A DNA stretch of 28,846 nucleotides, taken from a virus (Duplodnaviria; Caudoviricetes). Made by a program: the position numbers and the translations under genes. The stretch lies in the IMG/VR virus record IMGVR_UViG_3300035183_000941, positions 1 to 28,846 of that record; one strand, 5' to 3'. This document shows, piece by piece, positions 18,769 to 26,295 of this stretch (position 1 is its first letter; each line of letters starts with the position of its first letter). The notes beneath the pieces were generated by a model. It had not been told where the DNA came from. It worked only from the letters and a program-made list of their open reading frames with translations, and ran no database searches.

Positions 18769-18862
18769 TTTATATTCCTTATTTCATACCACGCAAGCTA
18801 ATCATACCATAGAAACACACTAATGGATAGTCTTTTGGCGGTCTTTTTGTAATCTTTGGGCG

Positions 18863-18911
18863 TGATAAAATAGCCATACGATTCCGAGCGATTAGAATCT
18901 TGTGATAAAAT
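18863..18911 (+). promoter_or_regulatory. Tandem TGATAAAAT motifs upstream of the capsid gene
   Basis: Copies at 18863-18871 and 18903-18911. Confidence 0.7.
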
Positions 18912-18953
18912 CATAACCGTATAGAGTACCTAAGTACCCTCAAGGAGTTTTTC

Positions 18954-20459
18954 ATGTCTGGAATGATGCCTATTGATAGTGGACTTGCCAAAACGTTGGC
19001 ACAAAAGCTTGAAAGCCTGGCTAAGTCTTTTGCAGCCGGCTACCAAGGTATCCAAAATGCCGGTCGAACTGGCGTATCTGCACTTGCCGCCGACCAACTT
19101 GATCCGGTAATCCGTTCGATCACCCTTCAAGACTCCGATTTCCTCTTGACCAAAGACATTCCTACCATGAAAGCTACTCAGTCGGTATACCAATACACCG
19201 TCAAAACGGCTGTACGTTCGGGCGTCGATTTGGCTGGTTGGGAAGCCTTCTTGCCACAAGAAGACACGAGCCAGTACATGCGCGTTGCTGAAGTGTTGAA
19301 GGTTTACGGTATCCGTAAATCGATCACCCAAATGGCAATGTTTATCAATGATGCCGGCGGGTACTCGGTTGATTTGGAAAAAGAAAACGACGAAAACGCC
19401 GCTCTTGCCATGGCTGAAGCTATGGAGCGCGATCTTTATGTTGGTGGCGATCTTTTCATGGACGCTTCTGGCGCAATCGATCCATATGCAGCTTCAAACA
19501 TCAACGGTAACCTCCGTCAAGTTCGCGGTATCCAAGCTAACATTCGTGAAGGTGACGGAAGTCAGCGCGGTATCCCTGGTGACTTCATCGGATACGGCAA
19601 CAACCGTTCTGTAGTGTTCAACCGTAAGGGTGGCGCAATGGAAAGAGGTTTCCTCGACAAGATCGTGACTGCTGTTCGCGATAGTCGTGGAGCTATCAAA
19701 GAAGGTCACTGCACAACCAGCCAGCTTGCTGAGTTCCGCGCTACCTTCTTTCCGATCGAACGCGCAAACCTTGGTGAAGGCTATGCCATCCGTGGTGCAG
19801 CTGTAACCAACGATGAGCATGCTAAGTTCTCTGTTGACACTGTTGGCGGTCCTATGGACTTCATCCCAACTGTCTTCAAATACAATCGCAGCAAGCCAGT
19901 TACTGTTGTTGGCTCTGTCGGTACTCCTCCTGCAACCCCAGCCGTCGCCGCTCCTTCTTTGGGCGTGACTGATGTTGGTTCGGGCTTTGCAGTTGGCGAA
20001 ACCTACAAATGGCGCTTCCAAGCTGTCAATGTGGCCGGTATCAGCCCAGCTTCTGCTCCTCAGTCTGCCACGATCGCAACCGCTGGTTGCTCTGTAAGTC
20101 ATGTAATCACAAACGCTCCTGGCGTTGAATACTACCTTGCATTCCGTACTCCAGTTGAGTCTTCGGGCTTGGCAGGAACCGAAATGTACATCGGTAAAAT
20201 CATCCCAAGCAACGGTGCAACGACTACTTTCGTTGACGCTAACCGCAATATCCCTGGTCTTGACAGCGTCCTCTTTCTCCCACGCGATAAAAATCGCGCC
20301 AAACTGGCAACACTTGGCAACTTGCTTAATAAGCTGCAATTGGGGATCAGAGGGCTGTCTTTTGAAACGGTTTACGCGAGCTATTTTGGCTGTGTAGTAG
20401 ATCGTCCTCGTAGTTTTGCTATCGCAGATAATGTGTATCAGCAGCGTGAAGGTATCTAA
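18954..20459 (+). CDS. Major capsid protein (SPO1/Twort-like)
   Basis: LAKSFAAGY N-terminus, AL...LD..I..IT....DF, A.QSVYQY, FN3/Ig-like insertion; AAGGAG RBS; strong codon bias; terminator downstream. Confidence 0.88.
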   Translation: MSGMMPIDSGLAKTLAQKLESLAKSFAAGYQGIQNAGRTGVSALAADQLDPVIRSITLQDSDFLLTKDIPTMKATQSVYQYTVKTAVRSGVDLAGWEAFLPQEDTSQYMRVAEVLKVYGIRKSITQMAMFINDAGGYSVDLEKENDENAALAMAEAMERDLYVGGDLFMDASGAIDPYAASNINGNLRQVRGIQANIREGDGSQRGIPGDFIGYGNNRSVVFNRKGGAMERGFLDKIVTAVRDSRGAIKEGHCTTSQLAEFRATFFPIERANLGEGYAIRGAAVTNDEHAKFSVDTVGGPMDFIPTVFKYNRSKPVTVVGSVGTPPATPAVAAPSLGVTDVGSGFAVGETYKWRFQAVNVAGISPASAPQSATIATAGCSVSHVITNAPGVEYYLAFRTPVESSGLAGTEMYIGKIIPSNGATTTFVDANRNIPGLDSVLFLPRDKNRAKLATLGNLLNKLQLGIRGLSFETVYASYFGCVVDRPRSFAIADNVYQQREGI

Positions 20460-20486
20460 TTGAAATAATTAGATATTTCAGAAATT

Positions 20487-20516
20487 AAGCCCAGGTTTTT
20501 GACCTGGGCTTTTTTT
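20487..20516 (+). terminator. Intrinsic terminator
   Basis: AAGCCCAGGT / ACCTGGGCTT stem plus T run. Confidence 0.92.
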
Positions 20517-20521
20517 GTGCC

Positions 20522-20549
20522 TAAAGTTTATCGACATTTACTCCGATAT
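20522..20549 (+). promoter_or_regulatory. sigma28 (FliA)-like promoter
   Basis: TAAAGTTT-N12-TCCGATAT upstream of AAGGAGG RBS. Confidence 0.6.
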
Positions 20550-20576
20550 ATAGTATTATGAGTAAGGAGGCGCAAA

Positions 20577-22148
20577 ATGGCACAAAAGATAAAAATTCGT
20601 ACGACAGAATGGCTTACTTCCGTAAGAGCTTTGGATACAACAGAAAGACCCTTGAGATCGGTTGAGAGAATCAAAGTCAGTTGCAGTAATTGTGGCCAGA
20701 TCGGAGAGGTGAGTGTCGGAAATGCAGATTTTACTTTAAAAACAAAAGGTTATGGATATTGTTGTCACGAATGCAAAAAAAAGAAGATTAGCGAAGCGGC
20801 AAAAAAAAGAACTGGCGAGAAGAACCCATTCTACGGCAAAACCCACTCAGAAAAAACAAAAAAAGAAATTAGTGACGCTCAAAAAAAGCGGCTGGAAAAT
20901 ATTCCTGAAGAAAAGCGCAAAGAGATGGCAAAAAACGCCATGGCTGCGGCTTACGAAAAATTTGGCGGTAATCCAATGCACAACGAGCGTGTTAGAGCTG
21001 CTCACGACATTGCCGTACATACCCAGGCTTTTATTGATAAAGCACGGCAAAATGGCTTATCAAAAGATAACTCACATCTAAAAACTGCCTCAATTAATTA
21101 CTGGAAGTCACCAGCTGGTGTAGAGAGAAAGCTTCTACTAAGCGAGAGTTACCGCCAAGAAAGAAACGACCCTAACGGCAAATATTATCAAAAAAGAGCC
21201 CTCGCTCTTGCAGAAATGTGGGCTGATTCAAACAGAGTTGAAGCTGCTTTGAAAAAAACTATGCTAACTATGATGGAAAGATACGGAGTAGATAATTGGC
21301 AGAAATCAGAGGAGGCCAAAAAGTTCTTTATTAATAATCCAAGCATTTTTACCTCAAGGGGTGAAACCCAGATGAGGAATTGGATTGAGTCACTTGATCT
21401 ACAGACCGAAAAATCAAGGATTGGTGGTTATGAAATTGATATATTAATACCGAAGCTTGGTATAGGTATTGAATATAATGGGCTTTATTGGCATTCTGAT
21501 CTCTATAAAGAGACTATGTACCATCTAAACAAAACTACCTTAGCTGCTGAGCGTGGTATCAAGCTATATCATGTTTTTGAACATGAATGGAGAGATCGTG
21601 AAGAGCAGGTAAAGTCATTCCTAAGATCCAAATTCATGAAAAATACCTATATCATAGGTGCTCGGCAATGTAGGGTAGAAGAGATTGAGCATTCAACCGC
21701 CAAAGGTTTTCTTGATAGGTATCATATTCAGGGTTCTCCAAGAAGCTCTATAATCTCTTTAGGTATTTACGACCCAAATGACCGATTGGTTGCGGTCATG
21801 TCAGTTGGCCGTGGTAGATTTGATAAAGAGCGTTTTGAGGTGCAGCGTTTTTGTGCCGCTGACGGCGTGTCAGTTGTGGGTGGTTTGTCTAGATTATCCA
21901 AGAAAGCAAGCAATATGACCAAGTCATTGCTGGTATCTTGGTGTGATAGGAGGTGGTCATCCGGGAGTGGATACGTCTCGTCTGGCTGGTTGATTGATCG
22001 TATAGATGGGCCTGATTATTTTTACACTAACGGTCGAGGTACTAAGAGTAGAGCTTTGTATGAAGAGGAGGAAGTCTCCCCAGAAAAGGAGTGGTTTCGT
22101 GTCTACGATTGCGGAAAGATTAGGTTTGTTTACCCATATAAACCGTGA
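20577..22148 (+). CDS. Putative free-standing homing endonuclease (Hef-like) with zinc finger and NUMOD3 motif
   Basis: CSNC..CHEC, GEKNPFYGKTHSEKTKKEIS, YEIDI...IEYNGLYWH, GARQC, HIQG, SWCDRRWSSG, RVYDCG. Confidence 0.8.
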   Translation: MAQKIKIRTTEWLTSVRALDTTERPLRSVERIKVSCSNCGQIGEVSVGNADFTLKTKGYGYCCHECKKKKISEAAKKRTGEKNPFYGKTHSEKTKKEISDAQKKRLENIPEEKRKEMAKNAMAAAYEKFGGNPMHNERVRAAHDIAVHTQAFIDKARQNGLSKDNSHLKTASINYWKSPAGVERKLLLSESYRQERNDPNGKYYQKRALALAEMWADSNRVEAALKKTMLTMMERYGVDNWQKSEEAKKFFINNPSIFTSRGETQMRNWIESLDLQTEKSRIGGYEIDILIPKLGIGIEYNGLYWHSDLYKETMYHLNKTTLAAERGIKLYHVFEHEWRDREEQVKSFLRSKFMKNTYIIGARQCRVEEIEHSTAKGFLDRYHIQGSPRSSIISLGIYDPNDRLVAVMSVGRGRFDKERFEVQRFCAADGVSVVGGLSRLSKKASNMTKSLLVSWCDRRWSSGSGYVSSGWLIDRIDGPDYFYTNGRGTKSRALYEEEEVSPEKEWFRVYDCGKIRFVYPYKP

Positions 22149-22193
22149 CGTCCTCCCCAGCTAAACGCTGATCGCGTTATAGCTGGAGCTTCC
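22145..22193 (-). mobile_element. Orphan IS200/IS605 right end
   Basis: Minus strand GAAG-CTCCAGCTA...TAGCTGGGG-AGGACG-TCAC. Confidence 0.8.
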
Positions 22194-22200
22194 CTTGGGA

Positions 22201-22287
22201 GAAAGCGAAACCGCCTTACCACTGGTGAACAGGATAGTCAGCCGTTCAGATTGTGGATCGTAACCGACGGCGAGTATAGTTGCTACT
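22201..22287 (-). pseudogene. KTSC-domain gene fragment
   Basis: 22212-22272 matches 22870-22930 at 56/61 nt; ILAVGYDPQSERLTILFTSGK. Confidence 0.85.
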
Positions 22288-22386
22288 CCAGACGAAATGA
22301 CAGAGCACGAGCACGCTTTGCTGGATGGTCTTTTAAGAGTCTATGATTGCGGAAAGATTAGGTTTGTTTACGGTCCCGGTCGATAA
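22285..22386 (+). pseudogene. C-terminal remnant of a third Hef-like endonuclease
   Basis: TPDEMTEHEHALLDGLLRVYDCGKIRFVYGPGR*; 22339-22371 matches 22101-22133 at 32/33 nt. Confidence 0.85.
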
Positions 22387-22443
22387 AGCCTTAAAAAGCC
22401 CACTCCAAAGAACGGGCCGAAAAAAGGTTAGGTCCACCTGAGA

Positions 22444-22974
22444 TCAGGTGGCTTTCTTGCGCCTCTTCTTGGGTGCCAGACCCCATAAGGTCGCATACTT
22501 GCCCGTGATACCACAAGTCACCTTGCCCAAACGAACAACCAGACCTTTGCGCTCCATTTCGGGCAATCGCTTTTCGTCGTGCTCGTTGAAGGTTTTGCTC
22601 TTGATTTCGCCAGCGGTCATCGAGCCATTTTCGGCCAAGACTGTTGCGATCCGGGACTCACTACGAGTCATCCCTTCGATGCGAACTCCCGAGAAGTCGC
22701 GAGCTTTCGTAGTTTTTGGTGCTCCAAGCTCGCCACTGTATGGGCCGAATGGATTGTCGACAACCTCGTAGAGGTAGCGGTTACAGATCAGGTTATTGAA
22801 GTATGTGCCTGCCGATTCGGCTCTGGTGAAGCCGTTTGCCAAACTGGCGCGAACTCGGTGGTAGCGGTACGTCTTGCCATTGGTGAACAGGATCGTCAGC
22901 CGCTCAGATTGTGGATCGTAACCGACGGCGCGAATGACTTTGCTGAATGGAATCGGGATGTTGATTAAAGACAT
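22444..22974 (-). CDS. KTSC domain fused to a winged-helix-like domain
   Basis: IRAVGYDP....L.I.F.NG..YRY..V.......F..A.SAG.YFN..I; C-terminal G.MTA.EI...RLPEMERKGLV...C..TG. Confidence 0.85.
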   Translation of the reverse strand: MSLINIPIPFSKVIRAVGYDPQSERLTILFTNGKTYRYHRVRASLANGFTRAESAGTYFNNLICNRYLYEVVDNPFGPYSGELGAPKTTKARDFSGVRIEGMTRSESRIATVLAENGSMTAGEIKSKTFNEHDEKRLPEMERKGLVVRLGKVTCGITGKYATLWGLAPKKRRKKAT

Positions 22975-23099
22975 GTTTTTGCTCCAAAAAAGGTTGATGT
23001 CGTTTTCGATTATCGAAGCGACCGATTGCGTTTGTTGCGATCTCTCCGAAGCTCCAATGAAAGCTCCGCCGCTTTGGCGTTCGCGGTATCAGAGTTTCA

Positions 23100-23333
23100 T
23101 CATATCCTCCTGTCTCCTAAAGTAATGTCTGCTCTCGATTCTAGATACCGAACCTGACGCTCAAGCTCTTCCACTCTTTTGAGTAGATCTTGATGTGGAT
23201 CAACCAATTGTCTTTGCCACCACCAAAGACGACCATCGGACTGGAGTTCGTATCCAGTTCCAGGACAATTGTCTTTTGCGGTAGCCATGTCCCGATAAAG
23301 AACAGAGCATGGATCTGATGTCTTGATGTTCAT
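23100..23333 (-). CDS. Hypothetical protein
   Basis: GAGG RBS; 77 aa with C-terminal coiled coil. Confidence 0.6.
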   Translation of the reverse strand: MNIKTSDPCSVLYRDMATAKDNCPGTGYELQSDGRLWWWQRQLVDPHQDLLKRVEELERQVRYLESRADITLGDRRI

Positions 23334-23345
23334 AAAAACCTCACT

Positions 23346-23754
23346 TCAAAAGATTGATTCTGATCCCATAGGAATCTTCCAGTGGGAATTTCTCGATTCT
23401 ACCAGTTTCGGCTTGACCGTGGTCAGCATCATGCTCAGAAAGGTGGTGTTGACGTCCTCCCCATGACTGAAGGTAGCGACTTTACAGCGGAATTTTGGTA
23501 ATACTCCAGTCATAGACCGTCGACCGTTTTCCGAAAGTTGGGACACAATGCTGTCTTTCTTTTCGGTGTACTGAAGAAAAACTTGAGGAAAAAATGAAAG
23601 ATCGAACTAGGAAGCTCAAAGAGATTGAAATTGCTTTTGCAATCATCTTCATTTGTCGTTTAATTTGATCAATAAAATCAACAACATAATGATATTGAGC
23701 AGTTGTTGGATAACTGAATGAACTCGACGACTGTATAATAACCAAAAAGCTCAT
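23346..23754 (-). pseudogene. Hypothetical gene probably interrupted by the 49-bp element
   Basis: Removing 23449-23497 fuses the 23482-23754 and 23346-23546 ORFs into one 119-aa frame with ATGA coupling to the upstream gene. Confidence 0.45.
23449..23497 (-). mobile_element. 49-bp hybrid IS200/IS605 mini-element (left end fused to right-end tail)
   Basis: TTAC|CAAAATTCCGCTGT-AAAG-TCGCTACCTTCAGTCATGGGG-AGGACG-TCAA|. Confidence 0.85.
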
Positions 23755-23960
23755 TTTAATCCCTCTCTTACGCCATAATAAAAAACTGGTCTGGATCCAT
23801 CTTTGTACACTTCTTGAGCGTCAGGACAGTGGATTTCAAGATACCCCCTGATGATATTCAGAATCTCACCGACCTGCATCTTGTGATTCTCGGCCATCTC
23901 CAAGAGAAGTGGCTCGAGGTCGGTTGTAATGTCGCCTAAAGGTCTCACTCTTTTTGACAT
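23751..23960 (-). CDS. Hypothetical protein
   Basis: 69 aa; tightly packed in minus-strand operon. Confidence 0.7.
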   Translation of the reverse strand: MSKRVRPLGDITTDLEPLLLEMAENHKMQVGEILNIIRGYLEIHCPDAQEVYKDGSRPVFYYGVREGLK

Positions 23961-23961
23961 A

Positions 23962-24258
23962 TTACTTTAGCTCCATCCATGTGCAAGCTGTGGTTGTGCT
24001 GATCCAATGACCCGCCTGTGGACCTTCCGCTGGAACAAAACTGAAGAATTTGCAGTTTTGGTCAATATCATACGCAAAACCATAATAAAAAAGTGTGCCG
24101 TTTGGAAGCCAGCACATCAAACGGTACTTTGGCTCTGTTACCTTGTCTACGTGGTAGTTTGTAGCGGATTGGGCAAAATAACCAAGCACCGCAAAAAATA
24201 CCGGGATTGCTAATACACCGGCAAGTGCCGCTGCCAACATCTTTAATTTACTTTTCAC
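23962..24258 (-). CDS. Membrane-anchored hypothetical protein
   Basis: AAGGAG RBS; N-terminal hydrophobic helix. Confidence 0.7.
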   Translation of the reverse strand: MKSKLKMLAAALAGVLAIPVFFAVLGYFAQSATNYHVDKVTEPKYRLMCWLPNGTLFYYGFAYDIDQNCKFFSFVPAEGPQAGHWISTTTACTWMELK

Positions 24259-24321
24259 TCAGCGGCTCCTTCATGCGTCAGGGCGACGCCGCCATTAGGT
24301 CCTACCGATGCCAGCTGATTC

Positions 24322-24750
24322 TTAAGGTTCCCAATGATCGTCATCATCATCCTCATCGTTTGTTGGATCGTAGCCGTAATCAATAGTCAGCTCTTCGCCC
24401 TTTTGGATATCTACTCTTGCCTTGAGAACAGCCATCTGCGGAGTCATGTATGTTTCACAGTTTCTTTTTTTGCCGGCGTGATTGCAGAGGCTTATGGGTC
24501 CGATAATAAGGAGGTTGTCGTTATCGGTCATGCCGCCAAAAACATAATCCTTCAGGATTGTTTGGTTGATGATCATTGAGTCCACGTCAGATAGATGTAT
24601 GACTGGGTTTGTGAGAATAATCTCTCCAGCTTTGATGTTTTTCTCAGCCACCAAGCCTCTACCCTTGCCCTTGATGAACTGTACACTGACTGGGCCGTAG
24701 ACTCCCAGTTTTTCGCTACTAAAGGGTTTTGCTTTTTTGATTTTTTTCAT
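24322..24750 (-). CDS. SET-domain protein (putative lysine methyltransferase)
   Basis: KGRGLVA...I..GEII, SLCNH...NC, ARVDIQKGEELTIDYG. Confidence 0.92.
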   Translation of the reverse strand: MKKIKKAKPFSSEKLGVYGPVSVQFIKGKGRGLVAEKNIKAGEIILTNPVIHLSDVDSMIINQTILKDYVFGGMTDNDNLLIIGPISLCNHAGKKRNCETYMTPQMAVLKARVDIQKGEELTIDYGYDPTNDEDDDDDHWEP

Positions 24751-24845
24751 CAAGAAACCTCTTACCAGAAATTAATGCCACTGCCTTTATCCCACACAGG
24801 GGAAACCCGGTCAATCCTTTTGTTTTGGCCGCTTAGCCAATCTAA

Positions 24846-24854
24846 TGGTAAAAT
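24846..24854 (+). promoter_or_regulatory. TGnTAAAAT extended -10 motif
   Basis: TGGTAAAAT upstream of ATG 24893. Confidence 0.55.
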
Positions 24855-24892
24855 GACGTAAGTCACGGTGATTAACTCTTTTTGAGGCTTTT

Positions 24893-25687
24893 ATGATCAG
24901 GATTCTTGCCGCCGTTTTGTCTTTTTTTGTAGCCTTCCCTTTGTTTGGGGGAATCTCTAAAATAGAATTAACTGAATCAAATCACTTACTTCTACGTGGT
25001 GAAGTTGACGAAATTTCTGTCAGTAAGTTGATTCACGCCATAACTACCTCAAAAGACAAGAAAATCCTCTTATTTATCGATTCTCCTGGTGGGTCCGTGA
25101 CGGCAGGCTATAAGCTTATGAAGGTGATCGAGAATAGTGGCAAGGAGGTGACTTGTGTTGCCTCTAACGCAGCCTCCATGGCTTTCGCTATACTTCAGTC
25201 ATGTCAAAAAAGACTAGTACTGGAGGAAAGCATCCTTATGCAACACGTAATGAGCTACAGCATTTCTGGCCAAGAGCCGAACAATTATCAGTTAGCTCAG
25301 TTGCTTCATCGCATCAACGTGTTTATGGACAAAAAACAGGCTAAGCGTATTGGTATGACTTACGAAGCCTTTAGAGAGAAAGTTCGCGATGATTGGTGGC
25401 TCTTTGGTGAAGAATCAGTGAAAAGTGGTGTTGCAGATGGAGTGGCTGAGGTATCGTGCTCTGAGGCTCTAAGCAATAAAACCTCTGAAGAGACACTTAC
25501 TGGGATGTTTAGCACTGTCACCTTAACGTGGTCTGGGTGTCCTTTAGCTCCGGGTCCAATTGATGTCAAGCAGATGAAGGCGTCGCCGCTTGTATCTGAC
25601 CATCAAGCCGCTCAGGATCTTAAAGAGATCTTAAGTAGAGTGGTGTCCATGGAATACTTCTCGAATAGATTAAAGAAAAGAAGATGA
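24893..25687 (+). CDS. ClpP-like (S14) protease with N-terminal signal peptide
   Basis: FIDSPGGSV, AASMAF, LMQH, DWWL..EES...GVAD; MIRILAAVLSFFVAFPLFG leader. Confidence 0.85.
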   Translation: MIRILAAVLSFFVAFPLFGGISKIELTESNHLLLRGEVDEISVSKLIHAITTSKDKKILLFIDSPGGSVTAGYKLMKVIENSGKEVTCVASNAASMAFAILQSCQKRLVLEESILMQHVMSYSISGQEPNNYQLAQLLHRINVFMDKKQAKRIGMTYEAFREKVRDDWWLFGEESVKSGVADGVAEVSCSEALSNKTSEETLTGMFSTVTLTWSGCPLAPGPIDVKQMKASPLVSDHQAAQDLKEILSRVVSMEYFSNRLKKRR

Positions 25688-25757
25688 GCTATTTTCCTAC
25701 TATTATTCCAATGAATACGGATTATTGGAGCGTTATCCTTGATTATTTCCTGAATTT

Positions 25758-25765
25758 GCCGATAA
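25758..25765 (+). promoter_or_regulatory. Perfect sigma28 -10 element (weak -35)
   Basis: GCCGATAA immediately before the candidate ncRNA. Confidence 0.45.
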
Positions 25766-25768
25766 TAG

Positions 25769-25876
25769 AGGTGTGCCAGGGGATCTAGCCTTAGCGACCA
25801 GGCCCGGAAACGGTCACCCTGGATAGCGTTTGAGGGTTATGGACAGCAAATGCTGTCTGGTGAAGCTGGCACACCT
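25769..25876 (+). ncRNA. Candidate structured ncRNA of unknown family
   Basis: 11-bp closing helix AGGTGTGCCAG/CTGGCACACCT; internal CCG-GAAA-CGG and GACAGC-AAAT-GCTGTC hairpins. Confidence 0.6.
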
Positions 25877-25892
25877 GTCACAAGAAAAGTAG

Positions 25893-25948
25893 GGCATTGC
25901 CACCTTATATCCCATGCCTGAAGGTAGCGGCTTTACGGCGGAATTCTG
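25893..25948 (-). mobile_element. Orphan IS200/IS605 left end
   Basis: Matches 13377-13433 with 4 mismatches and 1 indel; preceded by TTAC on minus strand. Confidence 0.85.
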
Positions 25949-25976
25949 GTAAAACCCTGAAATTACAGGAATATAA

Positions 25977-26168
25977 ATGACAAAGGCAATCGACGAAATC
26001 AAAAAAGAAACATTAGATGTGATCGAGCGGAGCAAGACTTTAAACTCTAAGGATTACAAGGATTTGGAAGAACGAGCGCAAGAACTCATGAATGATGGCA
26101 ATCAAGAGAAATGGGAAAATGGCGAACTCGGCCAATCCGAGGAACATGCTGTGGTCCCCACTCCTTGA
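25977..26168 (+). CDS. Hypothetical protein
   Basis: AGGA RBS; 63 aa; WENGELG motif. Confidence 0.6.
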   Translation: MTKAIDEIKKETLDVIERSKTLNSKDYKDLEERAQELMNDGNQEKWENGELGQSEEHAVVPTP

Positions 26169-26226
26169 GCTAAAAGTGACGTAGAGTGCCGCTATCCGTG
26201 CTCTTCACAAACCCTACAAATAACTT

Positions 26227-26255
26227 TAGACTATTATTGTCCCTAAGGGTATAAT
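26227..26255 (+). promoter_or_regulatory. sigma70-type promoter
   Basis: TAGACT, 17 bp, TATAAT. Confidence 0.7.
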
Positions 26256-26295
26256 AAGGTGTTGTGTTAGTTTGTTACTTTTATGGAGCCATCTC

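Noticed and set aside
19494-20339. 281-aa antisense ORF (likewise 8095-8706, 26705-27532, 28096-28845)
   Set aside because: Shadows of codon-biased sense genes; no recognisable motifs
22212-22930. Diversity-generating retroelement TR/VR pair
   Set aside because: The five mismatches are not adenine-specific on either strand, three are synonymous, and no reverse transcriptase is in the window
23005-23017. TTCGAT-T-ATCGAA palindrome or sigma28 site upstream of the KTSC gene
   Set aside because: Single short occurrence with no convincing -35; compatible with chance
25795-25825. Bona fide SRP (4.5S) RNA
   Set aside because: Conserved AGCA side of the internal loop is missing and there is an extra base; kept only as a resemblance
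25814-26035. 73-aa minus-strand ORF
   Set aside because: AVKPLPSGMGYK is just the translated IS left end; overlaps a better + strand gene and the ncRNA candidate
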